Positions 1 through 9,910 are shown, numbered from the stretch's first letter. The stretch is DNA of 64,000 nt from Gammaproteobacteria bacterium (GCA_028285945.1 JAPYNE010000009.1:19585-83584); one strand, 5' to 3'. The notes: a model not told the origin generated them from the sequence alone. Numbers and translations: made by a program.

Positions 1-494
1 GGGAGTGGGCAGGCCGCCGATGGTTTGGGAAAACCGCGTGGAATTTCTTCCTCGATCCTCGCCTACATAATCCAAGTCTAACGTCAGCGTTTCATCGGCT
101 CCGGACAATTCGTCATGCGCCTGCAAAAGCGCGACCAAGCTGTAGGGATCACCATTCCGCACAATGGATTCCACATCCACAAAGCCGATTTCACCGCCGA
201 ACAGGAGAAAGTCTGTTTTAGCCCCGACCACCTTGTGCCGATAGTTCTCGGGGTCAATGCGCTCAATGGCTGCCCGTACAGCCGGGTCTATTTCGGCGAC
301 GGCGCGTTCTTTCGCACGGGTAGCATCAGACGACGGTCCAGCGGATGCTTCGCCCGAGGAGGGAGCAGGCTCCTCCGCAGCGCTGAATTCCTCTGAAACG
401 CCCCGGCGCTCCGGCGGGTGCTCCGCCAGCAAAACATACGCGGCAATTGCGGCTAGAACGGACGCGAATAAAGCAATAGCGGCAAGTTTCCTCA
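1..494 (-). CDS. hypothetical exported or membrane-anchored protein (N-terminal part; gene runs off the window edge)
   Basis: Manual minus-strand translation from ATG 492-494: MRKLAAIALFASVLAAIAAYVLLAEHPPERRG... has a hydrophobic N-terminal anchor/signal. The frame stays open to position 1, so it is absent from the ORF track. Confidence 0.45.
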
Positions 495-499
495 TGCGG

Positions 500-1198
500 C
501 TATTCCTTCTGAAGGGCGGTTTTGGCGGTTTGTCCGTACAGCATCTTGCGCTGTTCCTCGGTGAGCGGCTGGTCCGAGCGAAGCTCCGCGCCCGCCTCCA
601 TGCCGCGCTGCACAGCGGGGCGCGCCTTGACTCTCTCGGCCCAGGCGGCCACGAGCGGCAATTCATCGAGGCTTTGGCCCAGCCTCTCATGGGACCATAC
701 CCAAGGGTAGCAGGCCATGTCCGCGATCGAGTATTCGCCGGCCAGGTAGTCGCGGTCGCGCAGGCGCCGCTCCATGACCGCTAGCAGCCGCCCGTATTCG
801 GCGGTGTAGCGCTCGGTGGCGTAGGCGTGCTTGCCTTCCTGGTAGATCCGGAAATGGCTGGCCTGCCCGGCCATCGGCCCCAGGCCCGCCATCTGCCAGA
901 ACAGCCATTGCAGCGCGTCGAATCGCCGGCGCGCGTCCGCAGGCAGGAAACGGCCGGCCTTCTCGGCCAAGTACACCAGAATGGCCCCGGACTCGAACAC
1001 CGAAAGCGGCCCGCCTGGCGCGTCCCGGTCCACGATGACCGGCATGCGGTGGTTCGGGTTCAGCGCCAGGAACTCCGGGGCGAACTGGTCGCCGGCGCCG
1101 ATATTCACCGGCACCAGCTTGTACGGCAGGCCGCACTCCTCGAGCATGATCGAAATCTTGAATCCGTTGGGCGTGGGCCAGTAGTAAAGGTCAATCAA
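500..1198 (-). CDS. glutathione S-transferase, Nu-class (YfcG/YghU-like)
   Basis: (M)IDLYYWPTPNGFKISIMLEECGLPY..., SGAILVYLAEK and the C-terminal helical GST domain. I prefer the internal TTG at 1196-1198, preceded by GGAGA, over the ORF-track start at 1222. Confidence 0.8.
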   Translation of the reverse strand: MIDLYYWPTPNGFKISIMLEECGLPYKLVPVNIGAGDQFAPEFLALNPNHRMPVIVDRDAPGGPLSVFESGAILVYLAEKAGRFLPADARRRFDALQWLFWQMAGLGPMAGQASHFRIYQEGKHAYATERYTAEYGRLLAVMERRLRDRDYLAGEYSIADMACYPWVWSHERLGQSLDELPLVAAWAERVKARPAVQRGMEAGAELRSDQPLTEEQRKMLYGQTAKTALQKE

Positions 1199-1272
1199 GT
1201 TGCGTCTCCAATGGGGCGCCAAGCGGGCGCGGCGCTACGCGACAATACACGACGCATGGAGCGGCGCCGGGA

Positions 1273-2475
1273 TCATTCCGCGCGCAGCGCCCGCACCGGG
1301 TTCATGCGCGCCGCGCGCACCGCGGGCGCCACGCCCGCCAGCATGCCGATCAGCACCGCGATCAGCAGGGCGGCGGCGGCATAGGGCGCTGACACGCTAA
1401 CCGGAACGGCCGGCGCCAGCGCCCCCAGCAGCCAAGCGGCCAATTGTCCCAGAACCAGGCCCAGCAATCCGCCTGCCGCGCCCAGCGCCAGCGCTTCGGC
1501 CAGAAACAGCCGCCGCACCTCGCGGCGGCGCGCGCCCAGCGAGCGCAGCAGCCCGATTTCGAAGATGCGCTCCTGGATGGCAATGGTCATGATCGTGAAG
1601 ATGCCCACGCCGCCCACCAGCAGCGAGATTCCGCCGAGCGCCGCAACGGCGCCGGTGATGGTGCCCAGTATGCCCCGCATGGTGTTGAGCATCTGGTCCT
1701 GGGTGGTGATCTCGAAGTCCTCCGAGCCGTGCCTCGCCGTTAGCAGCCGGGTGATGTCGCCCTCCACCTCGGCCGCAGGCCGGTCTTCCCGGTAGCGCAC
1801 GTCGATTTCCTGAAGGCCCAGCACATTGTAAATTTCCATGGTGTGCTTCACCGGCACGTAAACCATGTCGTTGAGGTCGAAGCCCACCGTGGTGCCCGCA
1901 TCCGCCAGTACGCCAATCACGCGGAAGCGCTGCCCGGAAACCCGTATGTGCGCTCCGAGCGCGCTGCCGGCGCCGAACAGCTCGTTTTTCAGCTTGCTGC
2001 CCAGAACGGCGAGCGGCCGCGCCGCCAGGAAATCCTCGTCCGGCAGGAAGCGGCCCGACGCCACCTCGAACGAAAAAATTTCGGGAAGCTCCGGGCCGGT
2101 GCCCAGCGCCGTGACGTTGCGCTTCACGCCTTGGCGCTCGACTTCGGCCAGGCCCATTACCGCCGGGGCCACCGCCACCACCGAGTCGAGCCGCCGGATC
2201 GCCAGCGCATCGTCGAGGGTGAGGGGCCGCACGGTGTTGGTGCTCAGGCCCGGCGGGCCGCCGAAGGTTTCGTTCTTGCCGGGGTTGATCACCAGGAAAT
2301 GCGTGCCGAAGCGGGTGGCCTCGTGCTCGATGAAGTCGTGCAGTCCTTCGCCGATGGAGGTAAGCAGCACAACGGCCGCCACGCCCACGCCGGTCCCCAG
2401 GGCGGTCAGCAGGGTTCGCAGCCGGTGCATGGTGAGCGCCCGCAGGGCCAGACGCATGAGATCAAGCCCGTTCAT
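1273..2475 (-). CDS. ABC transporter permease, FtsX/MacB family
   Basis: N-terminal TM LRTLLTALGTGVGVAAVVLLTSIGEG, a large periplasmic domain, and a C-terminal FtsX bundle with EIGLLRSLGARRREV. Confidence 0.85.
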   Translation of the reverse strand: MNGLDLMRLALRALTMHRLRTLLTALGTGVGVAAVVLLTSIGEGLHDFIEHEATRFGTHFLVINPGKNETFGGPPGLSTNTVRPLTLDDALAIRRLDSVVAVAPAVMGLAEVERQGVKRNVTALGTGPELPEIFSFEVASGRFLPDEDFLAARPLAVLGSKLKNELFGAGSALGAHIRVSGQRFRVIGVLADAGTTVGFDLNDMVYVPVKHTMEIYNVLGLQEIDVRYREDRPAAEVEGDITRLLTARHGSEDFEITTQDQMLNTMRGILGTITGAVAALGGISLLVGGVGIFTIMTIAIQERIFEIGLLRSLGARRREVRRLFLAEALALGAAGGLLGLVLGQLAAWLLGALAPAVPVSVSAPYAAAALLIAVLIGMLAGVAPAVRAARMNPVRALRAE

Positions 2476-2480
2476 TGCGG

Positions 2481-3692
2481 CTACATCCGTTCCTTAAGCG
2501 CTTGCACCGGATCCATCCGCGCCGCTTTGCGGGCCGGAAGGGCGCCGAAGAGGAGTCCGCTCCCGACCGCGGTGGCCAGGGCCGCCGCCACCGCCCACCA
2601 AGGCGGGCGGATCACCAGGCTGGGGAAGGCCTGTTGCGCCGCCCAGATCAGCAGATAGCCGATCACCAGGCCGCACGCCGAGCCCATCACCGCCAGGATG
2701 GCCGCTTCGCTTACAAAAAGGCGCATGATTTGCCGGCGGGCGGTGCCGAGCGCCATGTAGAGGCCGATTTCCGGAGTGCGCTGGCTCACGGCCACCAGCA
2801 TCACGTTCATAATGAGGATGCCGGCCACGATCAGGCTGATTCCGGCAATCCCGCCGAGCGCCGCCGTGATGGCGTTGAAGATGCCGTCGAACACCGACAG
2901 CACGGCATCCTGGGTAATGGTCACGAAATCGTGCATGCCGTAATGCGAATCGATAAGCCGCCGGGTCAGCTCGGCGGCGACTTCGGGCACCGCTTCGCGC
3001 GAGCGCGCCTGAACCATGATGTTGGTGAGCGCCTCGGTGTTGTACACCGTGGCCATGAATCCCACCGGCGCCACTACGATTTCGCCGGTGTTGATGCCGA
3101 TGCTCTGCCCGCTGTCGGCAATAATCCCCACCACCCTGCAACGCGACTCGCCCAGGCGCAGCCAAGTGCCTATGGCCGGCGCCGAGCGGTGCAGCTCGGC
3201 CACGACTTTCTCGCCCGCCGCGCACACCGGCGAGACGCGGTCCATGTCCATGCGCGGGAAGAATGCGCCCGCTTTCATTTCCATCTTGCGGATTTTCGCG
3301 TAGTCGTGGTTGGCGCCCACCACCAGCGTTTCGCGCTCGCGCCCGCCGTAGGACACCGGCAGCCGGCCGAGCATGATGGGCGCCGCCCGCGCCACGCCCG
3401 GCACGCGGCGCGCGATCTCCACATCCCTGAAGGTGAGGTCGCGGGGCGTCTCCCCCATGAATCCGAAAGGATTGGAGCCGGAGGTGCCGGGATTGCCGGG
3501 CTGCACGATGATGAGCTCCGTGCCCAGCACCCGGAACTCGCCGGTCACGAACAGCCGCCCCGCTTCGCCCAGCGCCGTGAGCAGCAGCACCGACACGATG
3601 CCGATGGAAGTGGCCAGCAGCATCATGCCCGTGCGCAGCCGGTAGCGGAGCATGGCGCGCGCCGCCATCATCAGCAGGTCGTTGAGCTTCAT
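2481..3692 (-). CDS. ABC transporter permease, FtsX/MacB family (paralogue of the downstream gene)
   Basis: Same architecture as 1273-2475: LRTGMMLLATSIGIVSVLLLTALGEA ... EIGLYMALGTARRQI. Confidence 0.85.
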   Translation of the reverse strand: MKLNDLLMMAARAMLRYRLRTGMMLLATSIGIVSVLLLTALGEAGRLFVTGEFRVLGTELIIVQPGNPGTSGSNPFGFMGETPRDLTFRDVEIARRVPGVARAAPIMLGRLPVSYGGRERETLVVGANHDYAKIRKMEMKAGAFFPRMDMDRVSPVCAAGEKVVAELHRSAPAIGTWLRLGESRCRVVGIIADSGQSIGINTGEIVVAPVGFMATVYNTEALTNIMVQARSREAVPEVAAELTRRLIDSHYGMHDFVTITQDAVLSVFDGIFNAITAALGGIAGISLIVAGILIMNVMLVAVSQRTPEIGLYMALGTARRQIMRLFVSEAAILAVMGSACGLVIGYLLIWAAQQAFPSLVIRPPWWAVAAALATAVGSGLLFGALPARKAARMDPVQALKERM

Positions 3693-3789
3693 CGGCGTGG
3701 GTTTTCCCGGCGCTTGAATTGTGCCTTATGTTGTTTCAGGATGCGGGGCGGTTACAGTAGCCGTTCTTTAATCAGCCCCATCCGCGCCC

Positions 3790-4533
3790 ATGTTTGCCGA
3801 ACTCGAACCATTCCTCCAGCAGCACCAGGCTTGGCTGTGGTGCCTCACGGTCATGCTGGACCTCGGCTTCGCCGTGCTGATGTTCCGGCTGTTCGGGCGC
3901 TACGGCCTCTACGGGGTCATCGTGTTCAGCTTGCTGCTGGCGAATATCCAAGGCCCCAAGCTCACCATGATTCTGGGCCTGCAAACCAGCATGGGCGTGA
4001 TTCTGTACTCCAGCATCTTCTTCGCCACCGACCTCTTAAGCGAGAAGTACGGGCGCCGCGAGGCCCAGCGCGCGGTGCTTTTGGGCTTCGCCGCCAGCGT
4101 GATGCTGGTGGTGCTCACCCAGGTGGGCCTGCTGTACCGGCCCACGCCTCAGCCGGAAACCGCCGCCCACGCGCTGCGTGTCCACGAGGCCATGTCGGCG
4201 CTGTTCGGCTACACGCCGCGCTTTGTTTTCGGTTCGCTGCTGGCCTATCTCCTAAGCCAGAGCTTCGATGTTTGGGTGTTCCACCGGATCCGCAATGCGA
4301 CCGGAGGGAAGCATCTGTGGCTGCGCAACACCGGCTCCACGCTGCTTTCGCAAGTGATCGACACGCTGATCTACGGGCTGGTGGTGTGGTGGGGAATCGT
4401 CGATTTCGCGACCGCGCTGCAACTGGCCGCGGCGAAGTACGTGTTCAAGTTCTGCATCGCCGTGATCGACACGCCCTTCATCTACTGGGCGAAACGCTGG
4501 AGAAGGCCAAGCCCGGCCAAGCAAGCCGCATGA
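3790..4533 (+). CDS. yhhQ: queuosine-precursor transporter, YhhQ/VUT family
   Basis: Polytopic membrane protein with FVFGSLLAYLLSQSFDVWVFHRIR and LWLRNTGSTLLSQVIDTLIY, as in YhhQ (DUF165). Confidence 0.75.
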   Translation: MFAELEPFLQQHQAWLWCLTVMLDLGFAVLMFRLFGRYGLYGVIVFSLLLANIQGPKLTMILGLQTSMGVILYSSIFFATDLLSEKYGRREAQRAVLLGFAASVMLVVLTQVGLLYRPTPQPETAAHALRVHEAMSALFGYTPRFVFGSLLAYLLSQSFDVWVFHRIRNATGGKHLWLRNTGSTLLSQVIDTLIYGLVVWWGIVDFATALQLAAAKYVFKFCIAVIDTPFIYWAKRWRRPSPAKQAA

Positions 4534-4727
4534 GGGCCATTCCGCAGGCGAGGCGCGCGGTCCCGCCAATGGGATCGATCGTATAGCTGGCTATTGTTTT
4601 CCGTTCCGGCAATTTCACGCAAAGCGTTGCGGATGTTGATGGGAAGCGCGAGCGCGCCGCACGGCGCAATGGCCAGCAACGCCCCGACAAACAGCGCGCC
4701 GCCGGTGGCGCGCTCCTTGAAAGCGGC

Positions 4728-5069
4728 TTACAAGCTGCCCTTGGTGACGAGTTTCCAGGCGCGCACGCCGAGAATGGCCACGCCTCCGGCCAGATAGACG
4801 ATGGCGACCTGATCGACGATTTTGTCGAGGTGGGTGCCGAGGCCCATAAGAAAATCCAAGCTCTCAAGCATATTGGACTCGCCGGCGGCCCACACAACCA
4901 GCGCGGTGGTGAGGAAAGCCTGGGGGTTCGCCGCCTCGATATTCATGACCGCGTAGATTGCGCCTAGCACGACCATGGCGAGCGGCAGAACGCCGCCAAG
5001 CGTTTGGTTCGATAAACCTACAACTACCGCGGCCAGAATTGCGAGGCCATAGACGATTCTTATTGCCAT
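4728..5069 (-). CDS. small hypothetical membrane protein
   Basis: 113-aa ORF with several hydrophobic helices (IVYGLAILAAVVVGL, VLPLAMVVLGAIYAV, VAIVYLAGGVAILGV). No family recognised. Confidence 0.5.
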   Translation of the reverse strand: MAIRIVYGLAILAAVVVGLSNQTLGGVLPLAMVVLGAIYAVMNIEAANPQAFLTTALVVWAAGESNMLESLDFLMGLGTHLDKIVDQVAIVYLAGGVAILGVRAWKLVTKGSL

Positions 5070-5210
5070 AATCTGAATTTCTCCCGTTGTTGGACAGCGT
5101 AAGGCTTTGCGGGCCTTGCGGAGCCAACCTTATCACGGCTTTTTGGCCTCTCAGGGATGCTCGGCGATGGCCGCGCATGCCCGGCGGTGTCTCGGAAGCT
5201 TCCAAGCCGC

Positions 5211-5885
5211 TCAAACGTGCTCGTCGCCGCCGATGCGTCCGTCCAGCATGGTCAGCCGCCGCCGCGCGCGCCGACCAAGCTCCGGGTCGTGGGTCACGAT
5301 CAGCAGCGTCAGCCCTTCCTCGTTGAGCGACTCCAAAAGCCGGATGATCTCGGCGCTGGAGCGCGAGTCCAAGTTGCCGGTGGGCTCGTCGGCCAGCAGC
5401 AGCTTCGGCTGCATCACGATCGAGCGGGCGATCGCCGCGCGCTGCAACTGGCCTCCCGAAAGCTGGTTTGGGCGGTGTTCCATGCGGTCGGCGAGTTCCA
5501 CGCGCCGCAAAGCCCGCTCCGCCGACTCGCGGCGCTTGCGGCGGCGCCAGCCGGCCAGTGTGAGCGGCAGCTCCACGTTCTCGAACGCGGTGAGCCGCGG
5601 CACCAGGTGGAAGAACTGAAAAACGAAGCCGATCACTTCGCGGCGGGCGCGCGCCAGCTGGTCGTCCGACATCTTCGAGGTGTCCTCGCCCAGCAGCCGG
5701 TAGGTTCCGGCATCCGGCGAATCCAGAAGCCCAATCATGTTCAGCAGCGTTGATTTCCCCGAACCGGAAGGCCCCATGATGGACAGGTACTCGCCCGATT
5801 CGATTTGAAGCGTGACGTTGCGAAGCGCACGGACCACCTGGTCCCCCACCGGGTAGTCGCGGAAAACGCTGGTTAGGGCCAGCAT
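5211..5885 (-). CDS. ABC transporter ATP-binding protein (MacB/LolD-like)
   Basis: Walker A GPSGSGKST, signature LSGGQLQRAAIARS, Walker B LLLADEPTGNLD, H-loop IVTHD. Confidence 0.92.
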   Translation of the reverse strand: MLALTSVFRDYPVGDQVVRALRNVTLQIESGEYLSIMGPSGSGKSTLLNMIGLLDSPDAGTYRLLGEDTSKMSDDQLARARREVIGFVFQFFHLVPRLTAFENVELPLTLAGWRRRKRRESAERALRRVELADRMEHRPNQLSGGQLQRAAIARSIVMQPKLLLADEPTGNLDSRSSAEIIRLLESLNEEGLTLLIVTHDPELGRRARRRLTMLDGRIGGDEHV

Positions 5886-5903
5886 CTGCCGGGACCCTCG
5901 TTC

Positions 5904-7052
5904 CTAGTTTTCCGCGGCCACCGCCCGGGCGCCTGCCTCCACGCCCGCGCGGTCGAGACTTAAGACCACCTTCTCGCCCGCCCCGGCGCCGGAAGTGATT
6001 TCGGTGAACTCCCAGTTGCTCAAGCCCACCGACACTTCGCGCTCCTCGATCAGGCCCTCGCCCTCATCAAGCACCAGGATGCGCGCGTCCTCCACCACCG
6101 CCTCGGTGGGCACGCGCAGCGCGTCGGGGCGCGTGTCCACGATCACCTCCACATCGGCGCTGTAGCCCGGCATCAGCCCGTAGCGTTGCGGCTCGCTGAT
6201 TTCCGCTTCGATTTCCACGGTGCGCGCCTGTTTTTCGAGGTCCAGCACGTAGGGCGCCACCCGGCGGACCACGCCCGGGAAGAACCGGCCGGGAAAGGCG
6301 TCGAGCACGATCCGCGCGTTCTGCCCCGCCTTCACCAGCGGCGCATCGACCTCGTCGATCGGCGCGGTGATGTAAAGGCAGGTGTTGTCGATCACGTCCA
6401 CCGTGGGCAGGGTGGCCACCCCCACCGGGGACGGCGTGACGAACTCGCCCAGCTCGCCGTTGATTTCCGCGATCACGCCGTCGAACGGCGCCCGCAAAAA
6501 GGTGCGCTCCAACCGCGCGCGGTTCACTTCCACGCGCGCCTCGGCGGCGCGCGCCGCGTCGTTCGCCGCCTTGCAGGAAGCCGCCCGCGCCTCGGCCTCG
6601 GCCTCGGCCCGCTCGCGCTCCTCCTCCGACACCAGCTTGTCCTCGTGCAGCTTGGCCAGCCGCAGCGCCTCGCGCGCCGCCAAATCGGCGCGGGTGCAGC
6701 TTTCCGCCGCGCGTGATTTCTCCGCCACCCGGTTGCGCTCGGACAGCTCGATTTCGGACTTCATGTCCTCGTTCCATATTTCCAGCAGCACCTGGCCTTG
6801 GCTCACGGCCTCGCCTTCCTCCACCGCAAGGCGGGCGATCTGCCCGGCGGATGCCGGCGACATCCTTGCGCGGCGACAGGCATCGACGGTGCCGGCGCGC
6901 GTGTTCAGCACCGTCTTGCGGATTTCGCCGCGCGAAACTTCCGCCACCCGCACTTCGAGCGCATCGTCGCGGATGAACAGCCAGTTGGCGGCGGCGAGCA
7001 GCGCAACGAGGCCCGCAACGGTCAGCAGGCTGTATTTGAGTGCCGGTCGCAT
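5904..7052 (-). CDS. efflux transporter periplasmic adaptor (HlyD/MFP family)
   Basis: Signal anchor MRPALKYSLLTVAGLVALLAAANWLF, an Ala/Glu/Arg coiled-coil hairpin and a beta-barrel C-terminus. The ORF-track start at 7346 is rejected in favour of ATG 7050-7052. Confidence 0.85.
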   Translation of the reverse strand: MRPALKYSLLTVAGLVALLAAANWLFIRDDALEVRVAEVSRGEIRKTVLNTRAGTVDACRRARMSPASAGQIARLAVEEGEAVSQGQVLLEIWNEDMKSEIELSERNRVAEKSRAAESCTRADLAAREALRLAKLHEDKLVSEEERERAEAEAEARAASCKAANDAARAAEARVEVNRARLERTFLRAPFDGVIAEINGELGEFVTPSPVGVATLPTVDVIDNTCLYITAPIDEVDAPLVKAGQNARIVLDAFPGRFFPGVVRRVAPYVLDLEKQARTVEIEAEISEPQRYGLMPGYSADVEVIVDTRPDALRVPTEAVVEDARILVLDEGEGLIEEREVSVGLSNWEFTEITSGAGAGEKVVLSLDRAGVEAGARAVAAEN

Positions 7053-7122
7053 GGCCGCGTGAGTATAGCGGCCCCGTCGCGGCGGCAACCCGTCCGCGTC
7101 ATATAGCGGTATATTTCCGGGT

Positions 7123-8271
7123 GTGGCCGCTCCGCCCCGAAATCCGCTCCCCCAATCCGGCCATTCCATCCGCGGCCGGGGAGCGCGCGGCAACCTCCCG
7201 GGACGGTTCGAGCGGCGGACCATCGAACTTGATGAAGGCATCGCCGAAACGGCGCCGCGCCCGGACACCGAGCTGATTCCCGAACGCAGCAAAACCATCA
7301 TCAGCCGCAACCAGTCGCCGGACATCCGCTTCAGCCAATCCATCAATCCCTACAAAGGCTGCGAGCACGGCTGCATCTACTGCTTCGCGCGCCCCACGCA
7401 CGCCTATCTGGATTTCTCGCCCGGCCTCGACTTCGAGACCCGGATCGTGCATAAGCCCAACGCCGCCGATCTGCTTAGAAAGGAACTGGCCAAGCCCGGA
7501 TACCGTTGCTCGCCGATCGCGCTGGGAATCAACACCGATGCCTACCAGCCGTTCGAGAAGCAGTTGCGCACCACCCGCTCGCTGCTTGAGATCATGCTCG
7601 AAACCCGCCATCCGGTCACGATCGTGACCAAGTCCGCGCTGGTGGAGCGCGATTTGGACCTGCTGGGCGAGCTGGCCCGGCTGGGCCTCGCGCAGGTGGC
7701 GCTCAGCATCACCACGCTGGACGACGAGCTCAAGCGGCGCATGGAGCCGCGCGCCGCCTCGCCCCGCCGCCGGCTTGCGACCATCGAGCGCCTGGCCGAG
7801 GCGGGCGTTCCCGCCGCGGTGATGTTCGCGCCCGTCATCCCCGCGCTCAACGACCACGAGCTCGAGGCCGTGCTCAAGGCCTCCGCCGAGGCCGGCGCGC
7901 TATGGGCCGGCTACACGCTGCTGCGCCTGCCCAACGAAGTCCGCCCGCTGTTCAAGGACTGGCTGGCCGAGCAATATCCCTTGCGCGCCAAGCATGTGAT
8001 GAGCCGCGTGCGCCAAATCCGCGGCGGCAAGGAAAACGATGCCGCCTTCGGCCGCCGCCATCGCGGCCAGGGCCTGTACGCCGACCTGCTCCGGCAACGC
8101 TTCGACCGTGCCTGCCGCCGCTACGGCCTCAACCGCGGCGCCTTCGGCACCCGCCCGCCACTCGACACCACCCAGTTCCGTCCGCCGCCCGCGAAGCCCG
8201 GGCCGCTCCCTAGCCGCCGCCGCGCTGCTTCCGGTGCCGATCGCCGCGATCAGCTTTCGCTGCTGGACTAA
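7123..8271 (+). CDS. radical SAM protein (PA0069-type)
   Basis: CxxxCxxC cluster CEHGCIYC. The N-terminal IRGRGARGNLPGRFE is typical of this radical-SAM subfamily. Confidence 0.8.
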   Translation: MAAPPRNPLPQSGHSIRGRGARGNLPGRFERRTIELDEGIAETAPRPDTELIPERSKTIISRNQSPDIRFSQSINPYKGCEHGCIYCFARPTHAYLDFSPGLDFETRIVHKPNAADLLRKELAKPGYRCSPIALGINTDAYQPFEKQLRTTRSLLEIMLETRHPVTIVTKSALVERDLDLLGELARLGLAQVALSITTLDDELKRRMEPRAASPRRRLATIERLAEAGVPAAVMFAPVIPALNDHELEAVLKASAEAGALWAGYTLLRLPNEVRPLFKDWLAEQYPLRAKHVMSRVRQIRGGKENDAAFGRRHRGQGLYADLLRQRFDRACRRYGLNRGAFGTRPPLDTTQFRPPPAKPGPLPSRRRAASGADRRDQLSLLD

Positions 8272-8498
8272 GTGAACAGTCCGAAGGCCGCCACGGTTGC
8301 GGCCAGCCCCATTGCGACAGCGTAGATGCGATGGGTCAGGCGCGTTTCGAGAGCCGCTAGGTCCAACTTCGTTGCATAGTCCTGGCGCCGCTGTATCGCA
8401 TTGGCGATGGCTTCCGCTTGGGCGCGCTCCACGCCCGCCGACTCAAGGGCGCGCGCCGCTCGGAAAGTATCGAAAGCGCCGCAAGCCATGCCGCGCAT
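8268..8498 (-). CDS. DUF1640-like small coiled-coil/membrane protein (paralogue of 22811-23074)
   Basis: MRGMACGAFDTFRAARALESAGVERAQAEAIANAIQ... plus C-terminal TM AVAMGLAATVAAFGLF. Start chosen at the ATG conserved with the paralogue. Confidence 0.65.
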   Translation of the reverse strand: MRGMACGAFDTFRAARALESAGVERAQAEAIANAIQRRQDYATKLDLAALETRLTHRIYAVAMGLAATVAAFGLFT

Positions 8499-8669
8499 TG
8501 TAACGTCCGACGAAGCGCAGCCGCCTCCGAAACCAAACGCGAATGCGCCCATTTCCGCAGTGGAGGCGATGGCCGACAACCGCGCCGCCTTTCGTGCGCG
8601 GCGCGTGGCTATACTGGAACGCGCCGCCCGCCTTTAAGGAGGATGCCGGGAAGCGGCACGGCATTGAAC

Positions 8670-9881
8670 ATGGATCAACTTGCCCTTGCAAAGCCGGAAA
8701 CGCCGGTTCGCTCAAGCGAAATTCGGCAAAACCGGGAAAACTACATTCGCGCCGGCGACCGCGCCCGGGCCGGCCCCGATCCCTATTTCGTGGGCCGCGA
8801 AAGCGAAATCGCCATGTTTCTTCAGGCGCTGGAGCTTACCGCCGCCAACAACGGCAACGGCAGCGCCGGCAAGGATGAAACGCTGCTGGTCCAAGGCCCG
8901 CCCGGCGCCGGCAAAACCGCGCTGCTCGAGGAATGCGCGGCGCTGGCCGCGCAACGCCCGGACTGCGCGGTGGTGCGGGTGCTGCCGGAGGAGCTGGGCT
9001 CCGCGCGCGGCCTTATCGAAGCCATCGACCGGGCGGTTGGCGTTCCCGCCCCCACTCGCCTGGGGCGCGCCTTGCATGAGCGGGGCTGGCAGGTGGGTCC
9101 CGTGGGCGTGCCGCCTAGTCCGGCCCGCCCGGAATCCATGGCCGCGCTTATGAAGACGCACGAGGGGGCATGGAAGGATCGCGTGATTCTACTGCTGGTG
9201 GACGAAGCCCAGAATATTCCCTCGAACGCCTCTCAGGCCCGCGCCGTCATTTCCTATCTCCACGGCGCGTGCCGGAAAGCGCGCATTCTGCTTGCCTGCT
9301 GCGGCCTAGGGAACACGCAGGACAAACTGGCGGAACTCGGCGTTTCCCGCTTGGCGCGCGAACGCCTGACCACGCTACAGCCGCTGGCTGTGGAGCAAGC
9401 CGAGGAATCGCTCCGCCGCGTTTTCTCGACCTGCGGAGTAGCGGGCGCCGCCGGGGAGCGCCAACGATGGCTCAAGACCCTGGCTTCGCTCTCATTGGGC
9501 TGGCCGCAGCATTTGCGGGCCATCGCGGCCGTGGCCCTTGAGCACTTGGCCGCCCGCCGGATGAACGTGTCCGACGGCTCCCTCGATGCCGTCGCGCAGG
9601 CCGCCCGCGAGGCGCGCGAGCGCTACTACGACCAGCGCTTAAGCGGCGTGGCGCTATGGCGGCCGGCGTACCGCGAAATCGCCGAGGCGCTGCGCCGCGC
9701 CGAAGCCCCGCATTTGCGCCTCGACCGCATCGCCGAAATCGCCCGCACCCATCTGGCCCGCTGGAACGAACCGCTGCACACGTTCATCGCCAACTCCCTG
9801 CGCGCCGGCGTGCTGGGCGCGGAAAATTCCCGCTACTCCATCCCCATCCCGTCCTTCGCCGACCACCTGCTCCGCCCCTAA
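8670..9881 (+). CDS. AAA/P-loop ATPase (ORC/Cdc6- or STAND-like, AAA_16-type)
   Basis: FVGRESEIAMF...LLVQGPPGAGKTALLEE (Walker A) and ILLLVDEAQNI (Walker B), then a helical C-terminal half. Start moved to ATG 8670 (MDQLALAK...). Confidence 0.7.
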   Translation: MDQLALAKPETPVRSSEIRQNRENYIRAGDRARAGPDPYFVGRESEIAMFLQALELTAANNGNGSAGKDETLLVQGPPGAGKTALLEECAALAAQRPDCAVVRVLPEELGSARGLIEAIDRAVGVPAPTRLGRALHERGWQVGPVGVPPSPARPESMAALMKTHEGAWKDRVILLLVDEAQNIPSNASQARAVISYLHGACRKARILLACCGLGNTQDKLAELGVSRLARERLTTLQPLAVEQAEESLRRVFSTCGVAGAAGERQRWLKTLASLSLGWPQHLRAIAAVALEHLAARRMNVSDGSLDAVAQAAREARERYYDQRLSGVALWRPAYREIAEALRRAEAPHLRLDRIAEIARTHLARWNEPLHTFIANSLRAGVLGAENSRYSIPIPSFADHLLRP

Positions 9882-9882
9882 C

Positions 9883-9910
9883 CCCGCTGCGCACAGAAAT
9901 GGCCGCAGCG
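9883..9910 (+). terminator. GC-rich hairpin just after the ATPase stop (possible terminator, no T-tract)
   Basis: CCGCTGCG (9883-9890) pairs with CGCAGCGG (9903-9910), a perfect 8-bp stem with a 12-nt loop. Confidence 0.3.

Noticed and set aside
2475-4586. 703-aa plus-strand ORF, the longest in this region
   Set aside because: It is antisense to the well-supported FtsX permease (2481-3692) and out of frame across yhhQ. Its Arg/His/Gly/Ala-rich, motif-free translation is typical of shadow frames in GC-rich DNA.
4534-4727. Possible extra small membrane ORF on the minus strand (…GALFVGALLAIAPCGALALPINIRNAL…) downstream of the 113-aa gene
   Set aside because: It has only a TTG start, no RBS and no recognisable family, so it could equally be intergenic sequence.
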